Shown piece after piece: positions 33,349 to 43,250 of a stretch of DNA of 64,000 bases (position 1 is its first letter; every line of letters starts with the position of its first letter). The notes beneath the pieces are model-generated. The model did no database searches. It worked only from the letters and a program-made list of their open reading frames with translations, and was not told where the DNA came from. This stretch comes from an uncultured Actinomycetes bacterium (GTDB lineage Bacteria; Actinomycetota; Thermoleophilia; Solirubrobacterales; 70-9). Location: the NCBI GenBank assembly GCA_963696955.1, contig CAVOMF010000002.1, positions 354,044 to 418,043 on the forward strand. The letters run 5' to 3'. Made by a program: the position numbers and the translations under genes.

Positions 33349-35235
33349 CTAATCCAGCGCCGCTTCGATCTCCTCCCACTCCAGCGGCGTCGAGACCGTC
33401 GTCCGCTCGCCGGGCTGCGGCGAGGGGGCCCAGTCGACGATCACCTTGCCGGCGCGCTTCGCCTTCGACTCCGGCGTGACGACGCGGTCGCCGAAGCGCT
33501 GTTCGAGCGCCTCGGCGACCGCCTTGGCGGAAGACGGCGTCTGCGCGAGGGGGACGTCGGAGTTGAGCGGCACGAACACCAGCAGCCCCTCCTCGCCGGT
33601 GGTCTCCGAATAGCAGCTGAGCCCGAGTTGCTCGAACAACCCGCGCAGCCAGAGCGCGACCTGGGCACAATCGACCGTGTCGGCCGGGGGGACGGGATTG
33701 AGGGCGAAGACCATTGCCGCCGGGTGGTCGGCCTCCTCCGGCGGCTCAGTCGCCAGCTCGAGCCCGACCTCGGTCGCCGGCTTGTCCTCGCGCAGGCCTT
33801 TGTAGGCGCCGTGGCGGACCATTCCCTCCTTGGTCAGCTGGCGGAACTCGACCTCGGCGACCAGGCAGGGCTCGACGAAGTGGGCGCCTTTCGGCGGTTT
33901 CGGGCCGGCGCCGAAGGGGCTCTGCTTCTGCTCCAGCGGCGCCAGCCGCGCGGTCAGCGCCGCCAGCTCCTCGTCGCTGAACCCGGTCCCGACTTTGCCG
34001 CCATAGCGAAGGACAGGCTCGCCGCCGTCGCCCTCGAAGTAGCCGACGAGGAGCGCCCCGACCTGGCTCTTGCGGCGGCCTTCGCCGGGGGTCCAGCCGC
34101 CGATTACGAACTCCTGGCGGCTGACGTTTTTCACCTTCAGCCAGGCGCCGTTGCGCTTGCCGGGGGCGTAAATCGAGTCGAGGCGCTTCAGCATCACCCC
34201 CTCGAGGCCCTGCTCCTTGCTCGCCGCCAGCAGCTCCTTCGCGTGGCCGACCGAGTGGCCCGGCGTCTGCCAGCTCTCGCCGTTCAAGTCGAGCCCGGCG
34301 AGCAGCTCGCGTCGGCGGCTGTAGGGCTCACCGGTGAGGTCGCGGCCGTCGAGGTAGAGGAGGTCGAAGACGACGTAGACGACGGGGTGGGTCTTCATCC
34401 GTCGGCGGACGGCGCCCTCGTCGGTGTTGTGGATCCGCTGCTGCAGGCGCTCGAAGCTCGGCTTGCCGTCCTCGTCGAAGGCGACGATCTCGCCGTCGAG
34501 GACGGCGTCGTGGGAGCCGAGCGCGCGCGAGATCCGCCGCACCTCCGGGTACTGGACGCTGACGTCGTTGAGGTTGCGCGTCTGCAGCTCCACCCGGCCG
34601 GGCTTGCAGTAGGCGATCGCCCGCACCCCGTCCCACTTCACCTCTACCGCCCAGCCGTCTTCGTCGCGCGGCAGCTGCGAGAGCCGCGCCAGCATCGGCA
34701 CCACGTTCTCGGGGAAGGGGTCGCGCTCGCGCGCCGGCGGGTCGATCCGGTGGATCATCCAGTCCTTCTCCGCTTTGCCGGCGTGGAAGAGCGCGTAGCG
34801 CCCCTGCAGCCGCTCGCCATGGAACTCGACCATCACTTTCCCCGGCTCCCACTTCTCCAGCTCGTAGGTGCCGGAGTCCCAGATCGTCATCGTCCCGGCG
34901 CCGTACTCCCCCTTCGGGATCTCCCCTTCCCAATCCAGGTACTCGAGCGGGTGGTCCTCGGTGTGAACCGCCTTGCGGTTCTCCTTCGGGTCCTCGGGGA
35001 TGCCGTTGGGGATCGCCCAGGAGGCGGCGACCCCCTCGTGCTCCAGCCGCAGATCCCAGTGCAGGCGGCGGGCGCTGTGTTCCTGGACGACGAAGCGCGG
35101 GGCACCCTTCTTGCCGCGGCGGCGTTTCGGGGTGGGCTCGGCGGTCTTGCCGAAGTCGCGCTTGCGTTCGTATTCGGCGAGCTGCTCCTTGGTCTTCGTC
35201 TTCGCCCTCGGCTGTTTCCGGGCTTTCGGCGCCAT
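33349..35235 (-). CDS. ligD: DNA ligase D: 3'-phosphoesterase + ATP-dependent ligase + degenerate polymerase remnant
   Basis: FVVQEHSARRLHWDLRLE (PE domain), EVKWDGVRA (ligase motif I), OB domain, then a C-terminal Pol-like tail with altered catalytic positions (VFALNP, ETTGEEGLLVFVPL). Start taken at MAPKARKQ. Confidence 0.8.
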   Translation of the reverse strand: MAPKARKQPRAKTKTKEQLAEYERKRDFGKTAEPTPKRRRGKKGAPRFVVQEHSARRLHWDLRLEHEGVAASWAIPNGIPEDPKENRKAVHTEDHPLEYLDWEGEIPKGEYGAGTMTIWDSGTYELEKWEPGKVMVEFHGERLQGRYALFHAGKAEKDWMIHRIDPPARERDPFPENVVPMLARLSQLPRDEDGWAVEVKWDGVRAIAYCKPGRVELQTRNLNDVSVQYPEVRRISRALGSHDAVLDGEIVAFDEDGKPSFERLQQRIHNTDEGAVRRRMKTHPVVYVVFDLLYLDGRDLTGEPYSRRRELLAGLDLNGESWQTPGHSVGHAKELLAASKEQGLEGVMLKRLDSIYAPGKRNGAWLKVKNVSRQEFVIGGWTPGEGRRKSQVGALLVGYFEGDGGEPVLRYGGKVGTGFSDEELAALTARLAPLEQKQSPFGAGPKPPKGAHFVEPCLVAEVEFRQLTKEGMVRHGAYKGLREDKPATEVGLELATEPPEEADHPAAMVFALNPVPPADTVDCAQVALWLRGLFEQLGLSCYSETTGEEGLLVFVPLNSDVPLAQTPSSAKAVAEALEQRFGDRVVTPESKAKRAGKVIVDWAPSPQPGERTTVSTPLEWEEIEAALD

Positions 35236-35243
35236 GCCCCGGC

Positions 35244-36158
35244 CTACCCGCGCCAGGCCTGCCAGTACCGGCGCTGGCGGCGGCTGAAGTCCCGCGGGTG
35301 CTCGGCGTAGAGGCGGGCGCCGAGGTCGAGGGCCGCGGCGGTGAGCTCGTCCTGGCGCCGGTCGATCGCCGCCTCCAGCGCCCGGGTCTCCTCCTCCCCG
35401 AGCCGGCGCTGACGAAGGTCGGCGCGCAGGAGGGCGAGGTCGTGATGGTCGCCGAGTGCTTCCGAGAGGCGGTGGGCCTCCTCGGCCGCCGGCTCGATCA
35501 CCCCCGGCCAGGCGCCGGCCAGCAGCTGCTGCGCGTACCAGAGGTCCTTGGCGCGTTTGCGCCACTCGTGCCAGGCCTCGTCATCGGGCCGGTCGCGGGC
35601 GGCGCGCATCCGCCGGCGGCCACGGCGGTAGACGCGCTCGAGGCCTGGAGCGATCGCCTTCCACGAGTTGCGAATGCCCCAATCCTCGACGCCCTCGCGC
35701 CCGGCTTCGATCAGCCCGATCGCCTCCGCCTCGGCGGCGCGGTCGGAACCGGTACCACCGGCGGCATCGCGATCGCGGTCGAGAATCCGTTCCCAGGCCG
35801 CCATCGCTTCGGCGGGAAGCGCAAGCTCACCCAGGCCCAGTACCTGCAGCGTCGCCACCTTGACCTCGGCGTCGCGCATCGGCGAGAGCAACCTGCCCGC
35901 CCTGCGGTAGCGCCCGGCTTCGCGGGCGTAGATCTCCTTCGGCAGCTCGTCGCGGAGCAGGCGCAGCAGCGTCCGCAGCTTCTTCAGGTCCCTGCGGGCG
36001 CCGTGAATCGCCTCGTCGGCCTCCAACTGACCGGTTCCGATCGCCCGCAGGCGACCGACCGCCTTCCCGGCGCGGCCGGCGGCGATCCGCCGCGCTCCCT
36101 CGCCGAGGCTCTCGCCGTCGAGGAGGCGATAGGAGCGGTCTGCACCTTCCGAGCTCAT
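35244..36158 (-). CDS. CHAD domain-containing protein
   Basis: IHGARRDLKKLRTLLRLL and WHEWRKRAKDLWY CHAD-type helical motifs. Confidence 0.75.
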   Translation of the reverse strand: MSSEGADRSYRLLDGESLGEGARRIAAGRAGKAVGRLRAIGTGQLEADEAIHGARRDLKKLRTLLRLLRDELPKEIYAREAGRYRRAGRLLSPMRDAEVKVATLQVLGLGELALPAEAMAAWERILDRDRDAAGGTGSDRAAEAEAIGLIEAGREGVEDWGIRNSWKAIAPGLERVYRRGRRRMRAARDRPDDEAWHEWRKRAKDLWYAQQLLAGAWPGVIEPAAEEAHRLSEALGDHHDLALLRADLRQRRLGEEETRALEAAIDRRQDELTAAALDLGARLYAEHPRDFSRRQRRYWQAWRG

Positions 36159-36175
36159 CGCCGGTTAATCGTAGG

Positions 36176-37540
36176 ATGCGTGCCTTGCCTGCGCTACCGA
36201 AGAGCCTCGTCGTCCTCTGTCTGACGGGGTCGCTGATGGCGGCGGGAGCGGCTCCGGCCGGCGCCGCGGAACCCTTCTTCCCCCACGCCGGCAGCCGCGC
36301 CTACGACGTCAAGAGCTACGACGTCGCAGTCGGCTACAGCCGCAGCGGCCGGATCCGGGGCACGGCCCGCGTCACCCTCGTCCCCCGCCGCCAGTTGCAA
36401 CAGGTCTCGCTCGACTTCCGCGGCCCGCGGGTCGAGAAGGCCTTCCTCGGCCCCCCGGCCAGGGTCAAGCGTCGCGGCGGCAAGCTGATCCTGATCCCGT
36501 CGCACCCGATCCCGAAGGGGGAGCTGTTGACCGCGGAGGTCGCGTACTCAGGCGTGCCGCCGACGATCGTCGACCCGGACGGGACCAAGGAGGGCTGGGT
36601 CCCGACCGACGACGGCGCGCTCGCCGTCGGCGAGCCGCAGGGGACCGCCGCCTGGATCCCGTGCAACAACATCCCGGGCGACAAGGCGACCTTCCGGATC
36701 TCGATCTCCGTTCCGCCGGGGCTGAAGGCGATCGCCAACGGGCGGCTCGCCAACGTCCAGCGCCGGCACCGGCTGCGCGACGAAGTCTCCTACTCGTGGC
36801 ACGAAAGCAGCCCGATGAGCCCCTACCTAGCGGTGCTCGACATCGGCCGCGGCAAGCTCTGGAAGCAGACGTTCCACGGCCGCCCCTACTGGACGCTGAT
36901 CGACCCGCGGCTCGCCGCCGACTCCCGGCTGGTGGTCGAATCTCTGCCCGAGGTGATCCGCTTCGAGGGCCGGCTCTTCGGCGGCTACCCGTTTGAGGCC
37001 GCCGGCTCGATCGTCGACAACGCGCCGGGACTCGGCTACGCGCTCGAGACCCAGAGCCGGCCGATCTATCCCTACGTCCCAGACCTGACTACGCTCGTCC
37101 ACGAGACCGCGCACCAGTGGTTCGGCGACTCGGTCGGGCTCAAGCGCTGGCCGAACATCTGGCTCAACGAGGGCTTCGCGACCTGGACCGAGTGGTACTA
37201 CGCCGAGCGCCACGGTCGCCGCAGCGCCCAGGCGATCTTCAACCGGCTCTACAAAGTCCCTGCCTCGAACAAGGAGTTCTGGAACCCGCCCTCGGCGCAC
37301 CCGGGCAGCCCCGTCCACATGTTCGGCCCCTCCGTCTACATAAGGGGAGCGATGGCGCTGCAGGCTCTGCGGATGAAGATCGGGACCAACACCTTTCTTC
37401 GCATCCTCAACGCCTGGACCACCGGCCACCGGTACGGCAGCGCCGACATCGGCGAATTCGTCGCCCTCGCTGAGGAAATCTCCGGCCGAGACCTCGATCG
37501 CTTCTTCCACCGCTGGCTCTATCGCCGGGGCAAGCCGTGA
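36176..37540 (+). CDS. secreted M1-family zinc metallopeptidase
   Basis: Signal peptide. VHETAHQWFGD (HExxH) plus WLNEGFATW (third ligand Glu). Confidence 0.85.
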   Translation: MRALPALPKSLVVLCLTGSLMAAGAAPAGAAEPFFPHAGSRAYDVKSYDVAVGYSRSGRIRGTARVTLVPRRQLQQVSLDFRGPRVEKAFLGPPARVKRRGGKLILIPSHPIPKGELLTAEVAYSGVPPTIVDPDGTKEGWVPTDDGALAVGEPQGTAAWIPCNNIPGDKATFRISISVPPGLKAIANGRLANVQRRHRLRDEVSYSWHESSPMSPYLAVLDIGRGKLWKQTFHGRPYWTLIDPRLAADSRLVVESLPEVIRFEGRLFGGYPFEAAGSIVDNAPGLGYALETQSRPIYPYVPDLTTLVHETAHQWFGDSVGLKRWPNIWLNEGFATWTEWYYAERHGRRSAQAIFNRLYKVPASNKEFWNPPSAHPGSPVHMFGPSVYIRGAMALQALRMKIGTNTFLRILNAWTTGHRYGSADIGEFVALAEEISGRDLDRFFHRWLYRRGKP

Positions 37541-37544
37541 TGAT

Positions 37545-39247
37545 GTGCCGGTGACGCGCCTCCGCCTGCTCTTCTTCTTTGCTCTGCTCGGGCTGCTGAT
37601 TCCGGCCGCGGTCGCGAGTGCCCGGCAGGTCGACGAGCACACGATTGAGATCGGGCGCGTCAGTACCGGCACCACGGCCGGCGGGCGCACCTCCCTCCTC
37701 GTCCCGATCCGATACGGAATCCAGCTCGCCGGGCGTTCGGTCGAGACCCGCGTCTGGCTCTTCAACCGCAGGACCGGGATCAAGCGCAAATGGGTCCTGC
37801 ACGACCGCCTCAGCAGCGGCCGCCGGCGCAGCCCGGAGCGTCGCCGCAGCTTCGTCTTCGTCCACCGGATCGACCTCGATGCGGCGCTCGCCGATCAGCT
37901 GCGGGGCAAGACGAGGTGCGGGTGCTGTCGCCGAACTGGATCGACGTCGAGGGCGACGGCAGGTACGAGGTCGGCGGCATCTCCGAAGCGGTCAAGCCCC
38001 TGGCGCAGGCCTACCCGCGGCTCTGCAGCAGCTTCCCGCGGCTGCGGGTCCGCCCCGGCCGGACGGTCTCGGTGCCGCTGCCCGCCTGCGGCGAGCGTTT
38101 CGACTGGACCGGCGCCGAACTGGCGCACGGCCGCACCCGCATTCGCAACGGCCGCCTGATCTACAGCGCTCCGCGCCGCTTCCGCGGCCACGTGGAGATC
38201 AAGCTGGTCGAGGCGGTGCCCGACCGGAACGTCGCCACGGCCTCGACGATGCCGGTCAGCTCCGTCGCCGACGTCACCGTCGGCACCGCCGCCCCCGGCA
38301 TCGTCGTCCGCGCGCTCGGCGATTCGGTCACCGCCGGCTTCGGCTACTACAGCAACGGCACCGCTATGACTATCGGAGAGCTGCTCGGCTGCCGACCGCC
38401 GGCGAAGGGCTACGACGATGCCTGCTCCTCGAACTCGCTGGTCACCAGCAACAAGGCGGCGAAGGTCGAATACGCACCCGACTACGGCCTGGCCGACAAC
38501 ATCTCCTGGGCAGCGCAGTGGGCCAACGACCACGGCGTCACCGACTACGCGAACTATGCAATCAGTGGGTCGGAACCGGCGAACTGGGCGCCCGGCGGCG
38601 AATTCCATGAAACGACGGCGCAGATCGAGAGCGAAGACCCCGACTACATCCTGATGACGATGGGGGCAAACCCGCTGCTCTCGGAAATGCTCTTCGGCGT
38701 CGACAACATGGGCTGTGCGATCTATTCCGACGTTTTCGGCGGCTATCGCGAATGCATCGAAGATGCCTTCGCCGAAGTGAAGCTGCAGGCGAGCCTGAAG
38801 GCTCTCTACTCCGACCTGGTGAAGAACACCGACGCGACGATCTTCCTCATGCAGTACCACCTCTCGGTGCCCTCGGTCGCACTCGCCTACAGCGCCACCC
38901 AGATCGCCGAGATGGGGAAGCTGGTGAACCGCGAAATCGCCGCGGTCGCCGCCGAGGTCAACCCGCAGCGGCTGCGGGTCGTCACCCCACCCCACTTCAA
39001 CGTCGGCATCGATATCTCGCCGGTCTACCCCTCTCGCTACTCGTGCTCGCGGCTCGGCTTCAAGGTCGACGGGCCGAGTGTGCAATCGACCCCGACCCAG
39101 GACGAGCTGGCGATTCTGCACCCGCTCTCCTTCTGCAAGGGCCCGGCCGGCGGCGGCCCGCCGTGGGTGATCAGCGGCGACACCGGCATCCATCCCAGCG
39201 GCGCCGGCTACGCGCAGATGGCCTCGCAGGTCCCGCCGCCCGAATAG
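37545..39247 (+). pseudogene. secreted SGNH/GDSL hydrolase with one -1 frameshift near 37905
   Basis: Signal peptide and N-domain lie in the 37545 frame up to ...ALADQLRG. QDEVRVLSPNWIDVEGDG...RALGDSVTAGFG (GDS)...GANP...DTGIHPSGAGY (DxxH) lie in the 37790 frame. Confidence 0.65.
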
Positions 39248-39256
39248 GAGGGCACC

Positions 39257-40252
39257 TTGCGGTTCCTCGTCGCGCCGGACTCGTTCAAGGGAACCTTCGA
39301 CGCATCTGAAGTCGCCGAGGCCATCGCGGCGGGCGTTGAGGAGGGCGGCGCCGAGGCCGACCGCTGCCCGGTTGCCGACGGCGGCGAAGGGACGATGGAC
39401 GTGCTGCTGGGGGCGCTCGGTGGAGAGCGGCGGACGGCGGCGGTTCACGATCCGCTGCGGCGGCCGATCGACGCTGAGTTCGCGCTTCTCGGCGACGGTG
39501 AGACGGCGGTAGTCGAGACCGCCCGGGCCGCGGGGCTGGCCCTGGTCGCCGCAGAGGAGCGCGACGCGGAGCGGGCGGACACCTATGGCGCCGGGGAGCT
39601 GATCGCCGCGGCGCTGGCGACGGGAGCGGAGGCCGTGTTGGTCGCGGTCGGCGGCAGCGCCACCACCGACGGCGGTCGCGGTGCGATCGAGGCGCTGGGC
39701 GGAAGTGGGCAGCTCGATTCCCTGGCGCGGATTGAGGTCCTCTGTGACGTGGAGACCGCCTTCGAGGACGCGGCCCGCCTCTTCGCGCCGCAGAAGGGCG
39801 CCGATCCGGCTGCGGTCGAGCGTCTCAGCGATCGCCTCGAGGAGCTCGCCACCCAGCTGCCACGCGATCCACGCGGGGTGTCGATGGGCGGCTGCGCCGG
39901 CGGTCTCTCCGGTGGCCTTTGGGCCGGCGGTGCTCGCCTCCGCTCCGGCGCCGCTTTCGTCCTCGACGCGGTCTCCTTCGATCAGCGCTTGGCTGCGGCC
40001 GATGCCGTGATCAGCGGCGAGGGCCGCTTCGACTCCCAGAGCCTCACCGGCAAGCTCGTCGGTGAGATCGCCAACCGCTGCGCCGCGATCGGGAAGCCGC
40101 TGCACCTGATCGTCGGCGGGGACGCCCTCGAGAGTGAGGCTCCCGAGGCCATTGCCACCGTCGCTGCAGCCGAATCCCCCGCCGAAATGGCGCAAAAAGC
40201 GTTCGATCTGGTGCGAGGACGCCGATGTTCGTTATTCCGTCATTTGCTGTGA
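39257..40252 (+). CDS. glycerate kinase
   Basis: FLVAPDSFKGT, PVADGGEGT, VAVGGSATTDGG. Confidence 0.85.
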   Translation: MRFLVAPDSFKGTFDASEVAEAIAAGVEEGGAEADRCPVADGGEGTMDVLLGALGGERRTAAVHDPLRRPIDAEFALLGDGETAVVETARAAGLALVAAEERDAERADTYGAGELIAAALATGAEAVLVAVGGSATTDGGRGAIEALGGSGQLDSLARIEVLCDVETAFEDAARLFAPQKGADPAAVERLSDRLEELATQLPRDPRGVSMGGCAGGLSGGLWAGGARLRSGAAFVLDAVSFDQRLAAADAVISGEGRFDSQSLTGKLVGEIANRCAAIGKPLHLIVGGDALESEAPEAIATVAAAESPAEMAQKAFDLVRGRRCSLFRHLL

Positions 40253-40271
40253 ATAAGGTTGAACGCTCGCA

Positions 40272-40607
40272 ATGGGTGAACGAAATCGACAAGGGCCGAG
40301 CAAATGCAAACAGGGCGTTGAAAATGGCGAGGCCGCGGTGCTGCTGAAGGCGATTTCGCACCCGATTCGCGCCCGCGCCCTCACCGTCCTCAACCAGCGC
40401 GCCGCCAGCCCCAGCGAACTCGCGGCCGAACAGGACGCGGCGGTCCCCGACGTCGCCTACCACGTGCGGGTCCTGCGCGAGCTGGGGATGATCAAGCTGG
40501 TCGGCACCCGCCAGGTGCGCGGGGCGACCCAGCACTTCTACCGCAGCGTCTCCCAGCCCTACCTCGACGACGAGGTTTGGCGCCGGCTTCTCGGCACCTG
40601 CGGCTGA
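40272..40607 (+). CDS. ArsR/SmtB-family winged-helix regulator
   Basis: LLKAISHPIRARALTVLNQRAASPSELAAE...VAYHVRVLRELGMIKLV. Confidence 0.7.
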   Translation: MGERNRQGPSKCKQGVENGEAAVLLKAISHPIRARALTVLNQRAASPSELAAEQDAAVPDVAYHVRVLRELGMIKLVGTRQVRGATQHFYRSVSQPYLDDEVWRRLLGTCG

Positions 40608-40622
40608 GCCTTCTCCAGCGGG

Positions 40623-41414
40623 TCAGGCGGAGAGGTCGCGTCGCTCGAACAGCCAGGCGCCGAGCGCTGCGAACAGGCAGGCGGCGGCGGTGACGCCGGC
40701 GAAAGCGAGCGGGTCGATCCCGTCCTCGATCGCGTTGCCGTAGTACTTGAAGACCGAGAGGTAGCGGAGGTCGTCGAGGTCGGGGTCGAGCTTGCCGACG
40801 AGGTCGATCACATACATCGCCACCAGGACCCCGGCGACCGAGCCGGTGACGACGCTGGTCCGCAGCGAGAAGCCGGCGGCGACGACGCCGAAGCCGGCGA
40901 ACAGCAGCGCCAACGGCCAGACGTTGGCGAAGCCGGCGGTGGCGGCGCCGGCGTCGAGCCCGGCACCGGCGAGGATGCTGCCGAGGCCGGTGAGGGCGCC
41001 GGTGACGAGGAGGACAGCCGCGAGCTCGACGGCCGTCGCCAGGAAGCCGGCGAGGACGAGGCGGCGGCGCGAGACCGGGGCCGAGAGGAGGACGTCGAGC
41101 CGGCCGACCTCAGCCGCGCCGGTGAGGCCGCTGGCGATTGCCCGCACCGCCAGGTAGCCGAGCGCCAGCGGCATGATCAGGCTCAGCATCTCCGCTTGCA
41201 GGTACTGCTCGACGTTGCTCAGCTGGCCGATACCGAAGGCTTCCTTCAGCCCCTGCGGGTAGCCCTGCACCGCCTTGGAGATCGAGTCTTCGACCGAGGG
41301 AAAGATGGCGACGATGAAGGCCGACATCAGCCCCAGCGGAATCCCCCAGGCCCAGACCGAGCGGCGGCGGTCGTAGAGGTGGGTGCGCAGAAGGGCCGCG
41401 ACCTGCCCGCTCAT
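40623..41414 (-). CDS. ABC-2 type transporter permease
   Basis: 263-aa polytopic membrane protein, translationally coupled to the upstream ABC ATPase. Confidence 0.7.
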   Translation of the reverse strand: MSGQVAALLRTHLYDRRRSVWAWGIPLGLMSAFIVAIFPSVEDSISKAVQGYPQGLKEAFGIGQLSNVEQYLQAEMLSLIMPLALGYLAVRAIASGLTGAAEVGRLDVLLSAPVSRRRLVLAGFLATAVELAAVLLVTGALTGLGSILAGAGLDAGAATAGFANVWPLALLFAGFGVVAAGFSLRTSVVTGSVAGVLVAMYVIDLVGKLDPDLDDLRYLSVFKYYGNAIEDGIDPLAFAGVTAAACLFAALGAWLFERRDLSA

Positions 41415-42313
41415 CCCGCCTCCCCCTCGTCGTAGTAGCCGAGGAAGACTTCCTCCAGCGAGGGGTGGGTGGCTTCGAGGTCGAGGACGTGGTGGCCGGC
41501 GAGCTCACGGACGACGGCGTCGAGGTCGCCGGCGGCGGTGAAGGTGGCGCGGTTGCCGCCGACCTGCAGGTCGGCGACGCCGTCGAGTGAGCGCAGGCGC
41601 TCGAGTCCGGCCGGGTCGGCGAGCGCGACGGCGAAGCGGCGGCGGGCCTTGCCGAGCAGGTCGGCGATCCGCTCGACCGCGACGAGGCGGCCGCCGCGGA
41701 CGATCCCGACCCGGTCGCAGACCCGCTGCACCTCGTCGAGCTCGTGCGAGGAGAGGAAGACGGCGCAGCCGCGGTCGCGTTCCTCGGCGACCAAGTCGAG
41801 GAACTCCTCCTGCATCAGCGGGTCGAGGCCGCTGGTCGGCTCGTCGAGGATCAGCAGCTCGGGCCGGTGGAAGGTGGCGAGGATGAGCCCGACCTTCTGC
41901 CGGTTGCCGCGCGAGAGCTGGCCCAGCGGCCGGTCGAGGTCGGCGCGGAAGCGCTTCGCCAACTCCTCGGCGCGGGCGATCCCGGCAACGCCGCGAAGGC
42001 GGCCGAGCAGCTCGACCGCGCGGCGGCCCGTCGCCTCGCGGCCGAAGCCGAAGTCGCCGGGCAGGTTGCCGAGCCGGGCCCGGATCGCGACGCTGTCTCG
42101 CCGGCTGTCGAGCCCGAAGAGCCGAGCGCTCCCCGAAGTCGGGTGGATCAGGTCGAGCAGAGTCCGGATCGTCGTCGTCTTCCCGGCCCCGTTAGGGCCA
42201 AGGAAGCCGAACACCTCGCCCGGCTGCACCGTGAAGGAGAGGTCCTCGATCCCCCGGTGCCGCCCGTAACGCTTGCTCAGCGCCTCGGTCTCGATCGCGG
42301 GCTGAGTCGTCAC
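41411..42313 (-). CDS. ABC transporter ATP-binding protein
   Basis: GFLGPNGAGKTTT (Walker A), LSRGNRQKV (signature), LLILDEPTSGLD (Walker B). GTG start at 42313 preferred over the longer track ORF. Confidence 0.85.
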   Translation of the reverse strand: MTTQPAIETEALSKRYGRHRGIEDLSFTVQPGEVFGFLGPNGAGKTTTIRTLLDLIHPTSGSARLFGLDSRRDSVAIRARLGNLPGDFGFGREATGRRAVELLGRLRGVAGIARAEELAKRFRADLDRPLGQLSRGNRQKVGLILATFHRPELLILDEPTSGLDPLMQEEFLDLVAEERDRGCAVFLSSHELDEVQRVCDRVGIVRGGRLVAVERIADLLGKARRRFAVALADPAGLERLRSLDGVADLQVGGNRATFTAAGDLDAVVRELAGHHVLDLEATHPSLEEVFLGYYDEGEAG

Positions 42314-42320
42314 AAGGGGA

Positions 42321-43232
42321 TTATCCGGCGGCCCGCGGCGCCCGGGCGCGCCGCAGCGCCGCGGCCACGTCCTCGACCACCGCTTCAGGTTCGGCTTCCA
42401 ACTGCCGTTCGCTAAAGCGATGGACCGAGTAGCCGAGCCGCCGCAGCCGCAACTCCCGTTCGCGGTCGTCCTCGAAAGCGATCGTCCCACCATGGGTCGC
42501 ATAGCTGTCGGTTTCGACGATCAAACGCGCGTCGCGCCAGAGGAAGTCGACAGTCATCCCGCCAATCGGGACGTTGACCTCCGGCTGCGAGAGGCGCGCC
42601 CGCCGCCAAAGGCGAAGGAAATAGCGCTCGAGGTCGCTACGAGTGCGGTCGCTCTTTATCTCACCAAGCCCGAGACCGAGGAACTCGGCCTGCCGAATCG
42701 CGCGACGTACAAGGCGAGGAGGAAGCGTCGCGTGGATATCCACGAGCGTGCGAGGCACCGTCGTGACGGGGATTCGGTCGCGCATCGTGACCAGCAAGGT
42801 GGGGCGTATTTGCGAACCAGTGGTTTGGAAACCCGCCCCGAGGGTGACGCAGCGGTGAAGACGTATGCCCTTGCGGCGCTCGCGGCCGCCATGGGTCGGG
42901 ACGGTCACGTCCACCGGTCCTTCGAGGGGGCGCAGAAGTCCCCAGTGAACAGCGGCGGCGCCATGGCTCAGCACGGCGTCTGAACCGCAGGCGAGGACCG
43001 CAGCCATCCAGTGCGCTCTTTCATCAATGCCGAGGTGGCCGACGGCGTAGATGCCTTGGTGAAGGCGGTGTAGTCGCCCGCTACGCACGCGCTTGGAGAT
43101 CGCCGAGGTCGACAACCCTGCCGCGAGGAGCTGCTTCGTCGTGACGATCCCGTGTTGAGTTCGCGCAATGGCAGCGAGGCGAAGGTCGATTGGGGCGGCT
43201 TTGCGAACCACAAGGACGTAAAGCCGCCCCAC
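42321..43232 (-). CDS. DUF559 (Vsr-like endonuclease fold) protein with an AbiEi-like N-terminal wHTH
   Basis: GIVTTKQLLAAGLSTSAISKRVRSGRLHRLHQGIY...DFLWRDARLIVETDSYATHG...DRERELRLRRLGYSVHRF. Confidence 0.7.
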   Translation of the reverse strand: MGRLYVLVVRKAAPIDLRLAAIARTQHGIVTTKQLLAAGLSTSAISKRVRSGRLHRLHQGIYAVGHLGIDERAHWMAAVLACGSDAVLSHGAAAVHWGLLRPLEGPVDVTVPTHGGRERRKGIRLHRCVTLGAGFQTTGSQIRPTLLVTMRDRIPVTTVPRTLVDIHATLPPRLVRRAIRQAEFLGLGLGEIKSDRTRSDLERYFLRLWRRARLSQPEVNVPIGGMTVDFLWRDARLIVETDSYATHGGTIAFEDDRERELRLRRLGYSVHRFSERQLEAEPEAVVEDVAAALRRARAPRAAG

Positions 43233-43250
43233 CCCGCTGATTCGCCCCCC

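Noticed and set aside
33349-35565. N-terminal 110-aa extension of the LigD ORF, and similar extensions at 46505-48061, 32402-33670 and 41411-42502
   Set aside because: The extensions are Arg/Pro/Gly-rich and overlap the preceding genes. Internal starts (MAPKARKQ, MARLDGK, MERSGV, VTTQPAIE) give proteins of normal family length with proper spacing.
37895-40195. 766-aa minus-strand ORF
   Set aside because: It is antisense to the SGNH hydrolase and glycerate kinase genes, both of which have clear catalytic motifs. Its sequence is low-complexity and Arg/Gly/Ala-rich.
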